Source of the DNA: Bugula neritina
Taxonomy: Eukaryota; Animalia; Bryozoa
DNA: 64,000 bases
Reading direction: 5' to 3'
NCBI GenBank assembly: GCA_964035545.1
Contig: OZ037771.1
Coordinates: forward strand, 14,941,133 to 15,005,132
In this document: one piece after another, positions 24,794-38,074 of the stretch
Numbering within the stretch: the first letter of the stretch is position 1
How the letters are laid out: each line of letters starts with the position of its first letter
Notes under the pieces: model-generated
The model's input: only the letters and a program-made list of their open reading frames with translations
Databases searched by the model: none
What the model was told of the DNA's origin: nothing
Position numbers and translations under genes: made by a program

Positions 24794-26397
24794 AGTTTGC
24801 ATGGCTTTACCCAATTTTGGTTTATTTTTTTATTTTGTTTCAGAGTATCCAAAAGGAAAGCTAAAATTTATTTAATATATATTATATCAACTTGAGCTTT
24901 ACATATAATATCAAATAAATGCTGTGTTTTGTTAAAACAATGTTTGCAACTTTGTAGTATATTCAAATTCATAATTTATTTGTAGAGTCACACAACAAGA
25001 CACTACTCTGACACACTCACAAGTTGCCACTAATCCAGCAGTATAGATGATTGTTTTCTCCACTGGCTATGCTGTCACGCTTTACTGTTGTGGTGTTTGA
25101 AACAAACCAATTGTTTGCCTACGCAGATTAGGGTGAGAAAAAAATTGAGAAATGAAAGCTGTTTTTAATACCAACTACACTTAGTTTTTATTGAATGAAA
25201 AACAAAGTGAAATCATTAGTTATCCGTTAAATGACTAAATCACTGTTTATAAAGATGAAACACAAATATAATCTTATAATATGCTAATGAAATTTGGCTT
25301 TCAAATAGCTTTTTTCTGTATATTTGTTGAGGAAGTTTATCTTCAACAAAACTTCGTAGCTGTTGCATAAATTTATAGAGTAAAAGGTTTTCATCAAACT
25401 TTTACAACTTAGCTCATCTACGGTTTAAAAGTGTGAGTCACCCTTCACACTAGAGTTTTATAAAGTTTTAATGAATGTGCAGTATTTTATAAAATATTGT
25501 GTGTCTCGTAAATTTAGCTATTTCTACCTTTTCAGTGAGATTGGAGTAAACACACCTCAAAATTCACATCTGGTATCACATTGATTTATCGCAAGTCAAA
25601 GTACACCTACTAACTCTTCCTTCCTTAATACCTGCTTGCTTTTGCACTTCTACTCATTTCATATACCTAACGTTTCTCTTGCAGATGAATTACATCTTTT
25701 AAGTTGTAAAAGCCTTAAATAGCATGAAATTAATGAGGTTTAAACCGTGGTCACACTAACTATTGATGCGTTGATTGATGGGTTAAATTACACGAAAATA
25801 TTGTCTCTTTCTTTTTAGTTTCACCTAAAGTATTACATACTATTGATGGAGGCTTTGCTGAAGTTTTTGGGTGATGATTTGTCAATAATTTTCCAGAGAA
25901 GATGATGCCACGGTGGCTGGCATCATTATGCAGTTTCCAAATATCTTTCCGCTTTGCTCTAGTGAAAATTTTGGAAAACAATCAACAAAAAGGTTTGTAC
26001 CATAAACGAAGTTATTGTGTGCGTGTTGCCAAAGCATAAAGTGTGCTGGACATTTTTAGGTTTCTGTTGAGATGCGTTTTTGCTTTTCCTGCATGAAAAA
26101 AGTTCCAGTTTCAGTTAATATCACTAGCGGAGTGCCCACCTATATTTTAAATCATATTGATGCATAAGTTCTTTTTGTAATATTAAAAGTATAACTTGCT
26201 TAATTGCTATTCAATGCCCTTTGAAGTTTCCAACTGTAATTAATTAGTTGATTTGGCAGCATAGTATTGATGATTGATGAAGGCAGCCGATATAATTATA
26301 AGCATAAATATCTATATCTACATGAAGATGTCATTCCCAATGATTGTTATTCTGAAATCAGCTGATTAAGTTATCACAAACTAAACATTTTGACCAG

Positions 26398-26467
26398 CGG
26401 CTTGCAATGCAACTCGGTGAAATTTTAGACCTAGATGAATTGAATTTCTTACTGAAAATCGTGAAGG
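26398..26467 (-). repeat. Dispersed repeat / possible right TIR, inverted partner of 2871-2947
   Basis: Reverse complement aligns with 2871-2947; followed by TA. Confidence 0.55.
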
Positions 26468-28140
26468 TATTAAAGTTTAAAGTGAAAGTTTAAAGGGTCA
26501 TCTCTCTGCGAATTCTAATAGCATGGTGCCAATTAGACTTGAAAAATTTTCAAGGCACTATAAAGCACTAAGCCCATTCTTACAAGTAGTTTCAAAGTGC
26601 ACTGGAATTTCAGTTTACTTGTCATTGTATAGAATCCTGATCTACACTATATAGCATTCACTATTGCCTGCTTCTTCTAAGCATCTATAATGTATTAACT
26701 ACAGTTTGCTTTGAGAAGTGAATTTCTACTTGGTATTGTTTCCTTATCGTTCTGTTGTTTGCCAGTAGTCTTAATTTAATGGATTTTCCCTTTTCAAAAG
26801 TGGTTGTGAGAATCAAAACGCATCATGCAGCCTGCAACTACACAATGAGTCAGTAATTTCTTCCATTAAAGTAGCTCTTCTGGTTACCCTTGCTCACCTA
26901 AAAGCCTGAGCCTCATTCAAATTGCAAGTTTTTAGAGTTGTTAATTTTTCATGCAATCTTTCATTTTTTTTTGTTAGGCACAAAATTAGTATTCACTAGA
27001 CCTAATCTTTCATCTGCATGTATGCCTATTGTTTGTTCATTAAAGAAAAACCTCTGCTGAATATTGAACTAATAATGAAAACGAATTCCCTAAACTAAAA
27101 GTAGCAGTGTGATTTTGGTATTACAATCAGTTGTTAGCATAGAGTCAAGTTATTGACAGGAATTTTCAAATTGAAATGAATGAATTTCATTGTAAGTCAG
27201 CAAGATTTAGTCTAAGTAAACATAGCATTACATCATGTTCTTATTTAACATTGGTAGAAGGCAACATTTATTTTAAGGACTGTTGTAAACTTAAATGTAA
27301 TTTTAGGTACTTTCCATGTTTGTTATTGTAGATGGTCTTGTTCTTTAGGATGGATGTGACAACTCCTTGTGTCAAACTTAACTGATTGACTACTGAATCC
27401 CAATCATGTTTTGCCAAAAAATGTGAAAATGGAGTGCATGTCTACTTTATTTGAGAAAATATTAAAAATACTTTTGAAAATTCATCTAGCCAAACAATAC
27501 AACAGTTTCATTTTATTAAAAAACATCATTTGCCCAAAATGTATTATGTAATCGAACAATTTCTAGAAAAAAAGTGCTTTCCTCCAGTTTTGCTAATGAA
27601 TTACATATTTCATTACATGCTTGTCTTTATAATTTTATTAATTGTTTTTTCTGGTGAGTCAATTGAAGTCAATTCAACCTAGAAAAGTCTGAATTTCAGA
27701 CTTAATTTCAAGCGAGAATATTCACATTTTTAGGTCTGCGTTTGCAAACATTGTTGTGTTACTTTACTTTTTATATTTTTTGAAATAAATATCTTTTTAG
27801 CTTGTGCCTATTCATGATTAGAATAGTATACTAATATTTAACTTTTCTTTAATTTTAATAGATGAAAATGTTGATCAGTTGGAGTATTCAGTTTAGCTGA
27901 ATTTTACTTGCTTCTGCGAAAACAATCTTTTGGAGTTGTCTGCCCTCTCTTTAGGTAATTTTTTGACCTATGGTCAACACAATAATTATAACTTTTTAAA
28001 GATGCTTGTGAACCTAACAATATAGCACAACTATCAAACCACATTATTCAATATCTGCATAAAATTTAGCCAATAATCTGCCACCCAATGAGCTTGAAAA
28101 GATATTAGAATTCTAGCTCAGTGCTGCCATCAATGTAGAT

Positions 28141-28200
28141 ATTTATAATGATATAAAGCCAAAACTCATTATTTATAATGATATAAAGCCAAAACTCATT
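28141..28200. repeat. Perfect 30-bp tandem duplication
   Basis: ATTTATAATGATATAAAGCCAAAACTCATT occurs twice in tandem. Confidence 0.95.
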
Positions 28201-29224
28201 ATTGCATGAAATTATCTAACCATTTCTGACGAAGAATCGAGATAATAACTCCAAAGTTGGTCAGTTGAAACCACAGCAATAATACTTTAATCCTTATAAT
28301 TATCAGGTTTAATTTTATACCAAGCCCCAATAAGTACATATCACTATGACAACACAGCCTAAGCACCTCCAATGCAAGAAATTTAGTATTGTGGTGCTAC
28401 AAATCCTCCAGTTACAAATGAGTAGAGCTTTCATGATTATTGGTCTACCATAATGTTTATTTAGTTGTAGGGACTAGCATAAATGCTATTATATGTGGGA
28501 GGTATTTGAAAAGCTTCCAACTCCATCTTCAACTACGGGCTATTATAATTATGCCGATAAACGAGATACTACACTCAGACTGCCCTGTTATAGTACTATG
28601 ATTGGCTACTGCAAAATTTTTGCCGATAGACAACATTTATTTATGATGTAATGTATCTCGTATTGGCACATAAGTGTTATGTCTGAAGACGAGATACTGT
28701 GAAATTATGCCCTGTACTTTTGCCATAAGAGCTCTAATACCAGTTTCTCTCTGCTAATGTATTTCTTATCACAGCAACTAATCTCGAGATCTATTTATAA
28801 ATAGAAATCTAAGAAATGTTATGTTAAAGCTAATCACAGGATGCCCACGTTAAGTAAAATTAATGTGACTCAAGAAACTTATTTGAAATATTGAGTTGAT
28901 TGGCATATTTGAATTTGATTAATTTACTACTTCCAGTGGAAATAATATTTTATTTTGAACTAGCATCTTAACCACACCTTAAGAGTCTGATAATTATTAT
29001 ATTGTGAACGCGTGCCATCCGTCTAAAATGAAATTAGCACTTAGAAATATAGGTTAAACATAAAAAACTGTCTGGTATAATTAATCATGAAGCAATATCA
29101 AGCAATATAGCCAGAATTTAAGACATATTACCTTGTTTTATGCTTATCCCAATTTTATCTGATATGATTGTGTGTTGAGCACATGAAACTATTAGGGATA
29201 AAATGAAATGTTTTAATCAAGTTA

Positions 29225-29250
29225 TACACACACACACACACACACACACA

Positions 29251-29319
<69 letters not shown>

Positions 29320-29354
29320 TATACATATATATATATTATACATATATATATATT

Positions 29355-29396
<42 letters not shown>

Positions 29397-29425
29397 TATA
29401 CATATATATATATATATATATTATA
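29225..29425. repeat. Compound (CA)n(CGCA)n(TA)n microsatellite at the left edge of duplication unit 1
   Basis: Directly visible. Confidence 0.95.
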
Positions 29426-29884
29426 CATTTGGTAATAATGGTAATATGTTTATTTAGAAGTATAGAAAGCTTATACTAGAGCCACACACTATATATGCAT
29501 GCTCTGATTCTTGTTCTATATTTCTAGAATAGTAAACTATGACTATAATTCATCCAGTGATATTTCCTTTAATCTTACAATAAGTCAATCCATATCCTGT
29601 TAGCAAAGAAGTTCAAGGTATTCAAAATTCATAAAATATTTTTCAAGTATTTCATGAATAAATAATTGCATAATTGATTATATCCAAACCATGTTATATA
29701 TCTTGATCAAAGAATTTAAAATTGAAAACCTTTGCTTAGATAATGTTTTTCACTTTAACAATAAAGCACGGAATTATTGCCATATAGAATTCTGAGCATA
29801 AAATTAAGCTATATTGATAAAGCTATTTTTAGCTGGGGCTAAACATTGTTATCTTGCCCTAATATTAAAATATTTCATAATTCA

Positions 29885-29995
29885 ATTACCAATCAGATTT
29901 AATCCCTTGCCATTAATCATTGTGAAACCATTGATTGCTTTTCACCAATCACCATCTGTATAAAAGGCAGATTCTCTGTAAGCTGAATCATATTC
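29885..29995 (+). promoter_or_regulatory. Core promoter of secreted gene A1
   Basis: CCAAT at 29889 and 29945, TATAAAA at 29959-29965, Inr-like TCATAT about 28 nt downstream, ATG at 30021. Confidence 0.7.
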
Positions 29996-30020
29996 TTGAG
30001 CTTTTCACTCAAAGGAAGAC

Positions 30021-32299
30021 ATGATGAACGGGTTCTTTAGAATTACTTTAGCATGCAGTGAGTTTTTATTGCTTCTAGTATATCACATCAGTAGACTGTC
30101 ATGATATTATATACAAATCAAACTATTTTAATAAAATGTTTTAATATAATTTTATCCATAAGTTTTGAAATTATATTTTTTATATAGATTTTGTGAAGGC
30201 ATGCAGCAGTATTTAGGCACAGTTTGTTTTAATATCGTCATTGGATACATATTTTTCTTTAATTTTTAGAAAAGTTTTTATTTCCAAAACATAACTTTGA
30301 TATAACACAATTTTTAGTTTCGATAAAAATATTTTTTTTGCAGTAACTATCTCAAACTTAATTTAATTATCCGTATTGATTAATAGATACTAAAAAAACG
30401 TTTTTTACATCAATATATTCAACTTATATCTTCTCAATAATAAAACTTTATTCTGATTCTTTTTCAGGTGTCTTACTGGCCATGGTGTTAGTCCAAGAAA
30501 CAGAGGGAGCCAGTAAGTTAAACTAAATCTAACTTTAAAGTTTTTAATAAATAAACAATACTAAAATTTCAAAAGATTTTATATTTTTTTCTAAAATTAT
30601 AACATGGAAATACTTAAATGAATAATTGCTTTCATACTCAACTGTAAGTATAATTTGTGCCATTTCTACAGTATATTTGCTAGTTTAATTGCACACCTGC
30701 TTTATTATAACAATGGTATGTTCACACTATTTTGCATTTACTTAATTTTAAATGACTTTAAATGATGAAGTTTAATATAAAAACAATTTCAAGCTGCGAC
30801 TACATGAGTCACAGCTCTATATAGTATTATTTTGAGTTTCAACAGAAATGATACATCACAGCTAGTCGGAGAACAATGTAACAAAGTCTTAGTAATGTTT
30901 AGATAAATTTTTAACTACTTTAAAAAAATGTTGGTAAAATATGATAGATACAATAACTCGTCTGCGAGCATTTAGATAAAATGTTATACTTTTCACTCCA
31001 GTTGATACTTGCATCGAAGCGCAGGCTTGTGCCAGACTTGTCGACCAAGGATGTATTAATGGAAAAAAAAGGATCTGCATAGTAAGAAGGCCTTTGTGTC
31101 CCATAACCAGCCTGAACACAAGAGTTTGTGCTCCTGGAGGTAATATAACCAAATGTTTTTCTCGTTTAAAAATTTTCCTTTCTTCAAATGTTGTATCCAT
31201 GTATAATGTTTGTATAGAAGAGAATAAGTGGGATAATATAACGTATGTCCTCAGTTATGTTGACTTGCTGCATGCACATAAAACTCACTTGTATTGTCGG
31301 TCTGCACATTAATATTCTGATTATTATTTTATAGTTAATAATTGCAGAAAATTAAAGGTTAATAGCCCTGCAAAAAAACTGTATGATACTATGCATTATA
31401 TATCTTTCCATTTACTAAGCAAATTAATTGAAAAACAAGCACTAGAGAGTTGTACATTTAAGTGCTCCATTAAAATGTTGAGTCTGGTATTTGATAAATG
31501 TTTTAGTATTCACAAAAACAAATTATAAAGAAGTGTCTATATTTTATTTATCAATCCTAAAAATTGTCTGGGTCAAAATCGTAATCAAAGTTACTAAAAC
31601 TTAAACAATAACAAAGACTTTTTGAAATCTCACAATACAACTTGTGTAGATTTAAAAAAGGATGTTTTAGAAGTTATGCAGAATCAAGATTTTGTACATT
31701 TTTGTCATTTTGTTGTAGCCACTCCTGCAATTAGCCTAGCAGCATTTTTAGCCTCTGGTGCTTCTGTTTGTGGGGACTTTACATCTTCTCCAGCAGTATT
31801 CGGTATCTCCGATCCAATGACAACCCCTACACCAAGCACAACACCCGCACCAAGTACGTACTTGGATAATTTATTAGTGATGATCATAACATTTCCCTGT
31901 ACAAAAAGTTACTTTAAAATATCGAGTTTGAACTCATTTTTGTAAATATTCATCCAACTTATGAGTTCCTTGTTTGTTGCAGTTGTTGCGTTACCTTTTC
32001 CATCTCCGACAACCTGTACACTGATGTCTGGCGCCTGCAGTCAACCTTACTTGGGTGTGAGAATTACTTATCCATTTACCCCATGTACCACCCCTGCCCC
32101 GACTACTGTTACACCAGGTACAGCCAACCCAATTCCCCAATTCCCACTATTCCCTCAAATCATTGGTGGTGGAGGTAGAAGAGGCATATTTGGCAGAGGG
32201 CGTAGGAGAGGAAGAGGGGGACGTAGAGGTAGATTTGGCAGACGTGGACGCGGACGTGGTCGTTGCACTAGATTCAATAGAAGAGCGTGCTTCGGTTAA
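30021..32299 (+). CDS. Secreted Cys-rich modular protein with Arg/Gly cationic tail, copy A1 (5 exons, 223 aa)
   Basis: Exons 30021-30057, 30468-30512, 31002-31139, 31719-31853, 31983-32299; all GT-AG, all phase 1, 672 nt open. Signal peptide MMNGFFRITLACSVLLAMVLVQETEG; 6-Cys exon IDTCIEAQACARLVDQGCINGKKRICIVRRPLCPITSLNTRVCAPG; tail ...RGRCTRFNRRACFG. TATA upstream, AATAAA at 32515; splice sites conserved in the second copy. Confidence 0.88.
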
Positions 32300-33172
32300 T
32301 AACCTCATACCTAAACCTCTAAAACATTGGGCTACACTTTGGACGTTATAAAAAGTTTTGTTTTCTTTGTATAATTTGTTTAGTATATATTATGTTTTTA
32401 AAAACCTTTCTATGAAAATTCTTATAAATATTGTAGGAATACAGATTTTGAGATGATGTTGCCAATTAGGCTTTTGGTACAATATTGTTGAGAGTTTATT
32501 CATGAAAATGTTACAATAAAGCTGCACTTACTTCATGAATTTAATTTAATTTTGTTTTGTGACATAAATATAATATCACACTATTTCCAGTTTCAACTAA
32601 AATAAATAACAGCAATTGTATTTATTTTGCTTAATAGATAGATAAATTTCTATTTCGATTAAAAAACCCTTTATCTGAAAAGAAAGGAAAAATTTAATTT
32701 TTGAATGATAAGGAAATACCACTTGAATTTGTAAAATCTCTTTCCTAAATTTCAAAAATGGATTGGTGTATTGCTATGTAATATATTCATCTATTATAAG
32801 AAGTAGAAAGTATAGCATTTTTAATAATTATGAATTGATTCCTGTTATACATTAGAAGTCTTAAAAAGCCTGCAAAAAATTAATTAATCCTAATTATGAT
32901 GATGCATAGAAGCTAAGTTATATAAAGCTTTTATAAATATTATTGTAATGTAAATCAAAATGGGAAGATAAAATTAGCAAAGAAACTTTCAACTTCTTTT
33001 TCCATTTTCTGCAAAGCAAATTTTACTTCAATCTACCATCTCTCATATAAAGAACCATGTAGGCATTGATGTGATCTAAATCAAAATGAATATTCCATAC
33101 AATGTAAGCTAAAGATATGTTTAAAATTGAATGAATAAAAAAGTAATATAAATTGTGTAGTTTAAAAGATAA

Positions 33173-33240
<68 letters not shown>

Positions 33241-33244
<4 letters not shown>

Positions 33245-34175
33245 ATGGCTGCTGTCATTTTTGGTCTCTTGGGGGTCATCCAAAATTTTTACTTTTTGAT
33301 GTGGATAAATAGAGTAGGTCTTTGTGATCACATTGCACTTTAAATTTTTAAAATCAGTCAAATAGAACCAGAAATATGCCAGGTTATACACACAGCGGTC
33401 CACAACAAACGACTTTTATTATTGCGAGTAATTAACAGTCAAAGTTCGGCAACTCAAAATTGTACTAAATTCGTTGTTTATCTACCTAGCAACAGTGTCT
33501 TCAATTAGCTCCATCAGCCCAAAAGTTAGTTACCAGGGGTGGTTTTTTATGCTGATCATGAGAATATTAATTTAAAATTCACATCTGCAATATCTTAATC
33601 AATATTTCAGAGTTGAGTTCAGTATAATGAGAACATTTTGATGATTATCCTGAGAGATTAATACTATAATGCCACGTGGATTCATAATAAAATCTAACTC
33701 TTTTGTATCACTGTTGTCACTAAGTTCATCATTACTATTATCACCACTACTCTTCAGTCCTTGTCCTTAATTTTCAATGTAGAAACATTCTTTTAAATTG
33801 TCAATATCTGTTATCTATTAACTTGCAGCGCGATCCAGTCGCCATGTTTATTATTAGTAACAATTCTCAGTCAAATTATACTTAATTACGTTGCGCTCTA
33901 CACTACGCTGCTATTTTAACTATTGGTAAAGTTCCCGATATTATGCTCTAATCACGTGACCAGCTTGCCAACCATGGAATGGCTCATTAAATCACCAATC
34001 ATTCATAAACCATAGCAGATATCACAAAACTGATTGGACAGCTAGAAAGAGCACATGTTAATTGACTATTGCACACTAAAAGCTAAAACTGACCTATTTA
34101 TGACAACTATAGATAAAACCCCTTATAACTAACAATAGCGAATAATGCCAAGAGACCAAAACTGACGGGAGCCAT

Positions 34176-34179
<4 letters not shown>
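33241..34179. mobile_element. Non-autonomous DNA transposon (MITE-like, 939 bp) inside a (TA)n microsatellite
   Basis: 32-bp TIRs TGTGATGGCTGCTGTCATTTTTGGTCTCTTGG / CCAAGAGACCAAAACTGACGGGAGCCATCACA with 3 mismatches; (TA)n on both sides (33176-33240, 34180-34250); absent from unit 2. Confidence 0.88.
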
Positions 34180-34252
<73 letters not shown>

Positions 34253-34659
34253 TGTATATATAGATTGTTGTTTACTTGTTTGCTTGACTATAAATTTGTC
34301 AACAACTTTTGCACTTCTTCTGAAAAAAGTTATTAGTCCCAATTTAGACACAACACATTGATACTGTTTTCTTACAGTCTTTATTAGACCCAAACTACAT
34401 TGGATCAATGGAGAGCACAACTTCTTATTTACATGGAACATCCTGTAAGAAGCTACAATTGTAGCTTTTCATAAATCAATTGGTCAGATTGGTCAAGCCT
34501 GCTCTGCCATTCTGAGATATAGAAAATAAATAAATTCATTATAGGTCGGTTGGATATACCTCCACAAAAACCTGTAACAGTATCTATTATAATTAGTTTA
34601 TCTTGAGAACTGTATTTATACAACTCATGCAAGTTTATAGTGAGAAACTCTTGATGGAA

Positions 34660-34790
34660 AAGGCATCTGTTAAAGTGGGCTAAGGACTTATTTGAATGAG
34701 GCGCAGGAGAAATTATGACTGGATGCTCTCCCTAACATCACCAATGACCTTTGTCTGGGCTCGAACCCATGACCTCGTGTTTACTAGGCA
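34660..34790 (-). mobile_element. tRNA-derived SINE copy
   Basis: Reverse complement of the 3337-3490 family, with GGGTTCGAGCCC B-box. Confidence 0.75.
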
Positions 34791-37700
34791 AACACTATTT
34801 AGTAGCATAGATTTTATTGGTTGTCACTAAATTATCCTAATTGTAAACATCAATATCTTACAGTCCCAAGAAAGTACAACTGTTCTATAAGAAGCTTACT
34901 CACATACCTAAATACTATAGATATATAAATACTACAAATTCGTGAACCCACAACGGTATTTTAATACTCTGGCGTTGAGTAGTATGACAATATGCAATGC
35001 TACTGGTTTTATTCTATGCAGACTCTTGGACAAAATGCTGTAACTTAAATGTAAGTGTCAGACTTGGTAACTATTGAAATATGTTATGTGTTTATTGATA
35101 AAACCGTTGTCAGTTATTTTAAGATAATTCTTGTTGAGTCTTTTAGTCGCCCACTTTGTTCTATTTTCAGCTAGTTTTGTTTATTTATTTTAATAAAGTA
35201 ATTGCTCAATGTGTTAAACAATCTGAAAATGAAGTCATTGTTGATTATAGTACTTTAAGTAGTCTTTTCTTTCCTGTGTTATGTAATAGTTCAGTATTTG
35301 CAGACCATATGAGTTGAGCTGTCTGTGAGCTGGTGCAGCAAAGCTCTGTGAAATGCTTACATGCAACCAGATGAGTATTGATACAAAATTACTTTCACAT
35401 GAGGATTCTCACTATTTATACTGATAATGAATATTGTCTGCCAGAAAAAATCTCCAAGATTTCTATGCCTAATTTCACTCCAAACACCTAGCTAATTCTA
35501 GTCAAATGTGGGTATATAGTGACAGCACACTTGAGTCATTTTACTTATTTACAGTACACACACGAAACCTCCAGTTTTTAGCTGTTTTCCCCAATTTAGC
35601 TGGTAATGTATATGGGCTTTTGCCCAAAACTAATAGCATATATCAATAAATATAACTAAATAATCAAGGTTATTTTTAATTTTGCTTAATTTCTCATGAT
35701 TTTTCCTAATTATTTAGCTAATTTGGATGTGCGACAGTGCGCTTTAATGTTAGGGAATTTCTCCCAGCAATTCTTTTGCTAGATGCATTATTAAGACCAG
35801 TACATAAAAATACCACATAATATAGTAAATCTCAATGGATTTTGAGCCAAATTAAATGTTAGGTCATTATTTGCTGATGTGTACTGAATGAAGTAAAATG
35901 ACTCACTTAAACATTTTGCTGCAAAGTTTGATAATGCATGAAGATGCTATATTACTTCATTCATTTCTAAATTGATTTAGTTTTTATCAATTCATGCTTT
36001 GTTCTGGTCAAATAATAGTTTCTGATATCTTATAATTTTGATAAATGATATGCTATATAGTTTTTGAGATTTAATTAGTTTATTTGGGCCTTTGCATTTA
36101 TTATTCAGTTTTACTTTGTTTTAATGGTTTCCTGTATTATACGAGTTTAATATTCAATCTCATTTATATCATTCTTTACAATATGCAAGCAATGTACATG
36201 GTGCAGTATAATTAATATGGCTTATCTCTACATTCGATTTATTGTAACTTACATATATAGACTGCATGGATCTTTTGAGCTCTTTTGAGCTTATTATAGT
36301 GTCACAATATGAACCAATGTTTAAATTGCAAAATAATACTCTTATTGGATAGGAAATTCCTGAGTGTAAGAATTTAGAATGTCAAACTAATCATTTGCAC
36401 TTGACAACCACTAAGCAAGAAATTACTTCCTTACTTTTTAAGAGAGCAGTTAAGCATGATTAATGTGTTTTGGGATAAATTTTAATATAATATTTAAAAT
36501 TTTCCTGAACCACATTAATCATGCAATATGCAATGTAATGCAAAGTATTTGTTGCTACGGCAACGTAAATGTATCCAATTTCATGAAAGTGCAGTAAAGT
36601 TGGTAAGTCAAGATAATTGAAAGCCTAGTAAAAATATTCTATAATATTTTGAAAATTGAAGCATCTAAGTTTTTTGAGATACATCCGTTAATAATCTGAA
36701 GCATTACATTTTAGAATATTAATATTTTGTTGGTGTTAATGCGCAACAATTTTAGGAATTCAGACTGGAAAATCACTGGTATATAGAAAATGTATTTTAA
36801 ATATAATTCTACTTTAAATAATATAGTATAAATATATTATAGTCATGCAAGGCAAACTACAGTATATGCACAAATGCCATCTTATACAGCACTTGGCATA
36901 GTGTTAATATAGTGTGTGTGAATGGCCAATTTTTTTATCATTATAGTTCTTAAAAAGCTTGAAAGGAATTCCTACTATATATTAAACAGTTTATTTAAGT
37001 TTTAAACTGGTTGGAGATTATATACTTCCACAAGCTTTCCATATGATTTATCGCTAGAAGGAATTTATCACTTAAGGCAAATAAAGCTGTCTATTAATAA
37101 TTTTGATTAATGCTACCTTGGCAGCTGGTATTCTTCACCATATCAAATGGCATATATAAATATAGATGTTCAGTTATATTGTGTTATTTATTCGTATAGG
37201 GATTATAGGTGTAACCACATTAACCATGAAAATGCCTAAAAAAAGTTTAATAATTCCAAATTGGTGAGCAAGAGTTTTAAAGCCAACTTCAAATTGGGCT
37301 CTTGCCTGAATTGACATGAACGTTTTTACTGTGCATCATATAATATAAGTTTTTTCATTATGTAAATTAATGTATTAGCTTCATATTGTTAAATTTTTGT
37401 GGATATAAAATATAAAGAGTTACACGAGCCTTTTGTTTCTATCTGTTTTTGTTTGTATATAATATAAATAGTTATACAATTGTTTTAATTTACTAGTCTT
37501 TGTTGCAAAAAAAACAGCTTCTTTATTTAGAATATTTTGTTGGCAAAGAGACTTTACAAGTGAAAATGTTTATATAGTATATTTTTCAAACTGATTTGTA
37601 AATGTGTTTTATTGGTTATATAGGAGCAATTGTTTAACTTAATTGGCATGTATCATGCTAGGCTAATATTTTTTTAGCAGCAAATCTAAAGGTAATGGCA

Positions 37701-38074
37701 AGAGAACTTTATAGCATGGTTTCTTATATAAAGCATATTTTGAAAGCCATTGTGTTAGCATGGTTTCAGAGTTACAGGTTTCTAGCTATATATAGCTGGG
37801 CAAACTATCAGGATAGACAACCCTATATATAATGAACTGTAACTTTAAGCAACCATGCATGTCTCAAGCACTGTGAACAGTGACACATTTTTAGACATAA
37901 GTAAATGAACATTCTACTGTGTGTTTTGTTAGAAAATAAGCCTACAATATTTATCTTAATATTCATTTGTTCTAACAGTTTAGAAACTGCCAGAACATAT
38001 GAATCTAGAAAAGTGCTGCATGCATGACTACAAAAAGAGTATAAAATAGGTTTATATGTATATCAAAATTTTAG

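Noticed and set aside
25560-28800. Coding-like decayed sequence (also 41500-43150)
   Set aside because: Frequent stops in all frames and no motif I can identify.
29155-29457. ORFs rich in YI/HT/CV repeats (also 33023, 42997-43389, 47008-47433, 51336, 56482-56760)
   Set aside because: These are translations of (TA)n and (CA)n microsatellites.
31961-32299. Single-exon 112-aa peptide starting MSSLFVAVVA (and 45884-46222)
   Set aside because: The ATG is GTG in A2 and lies in the polypyrimidine tract of a conserved splice acceptor; the 5-exon model has a proper promoter and signal peptide.
32165-32299. Protamine or RGG RNA-binding protein call for the Arg/Gly ORFs
   Set aside because: The tail is spliced in frame to a signal peptide and disulfide-type domains.
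35745-36975. kappaB-like motifs (GGGAATTTCT, GGAAATTCC, GGAATTCC)
   Set aside because: Imperfect matches expected by chance, and not tied to a defined transcription start.
37226-37263. ATG exon (MKMPKKSLIIPN) as first exon of B1
   Set aside because: Wrong intron phase relative to A, not signal-peptide-like, and absent from unit 2.
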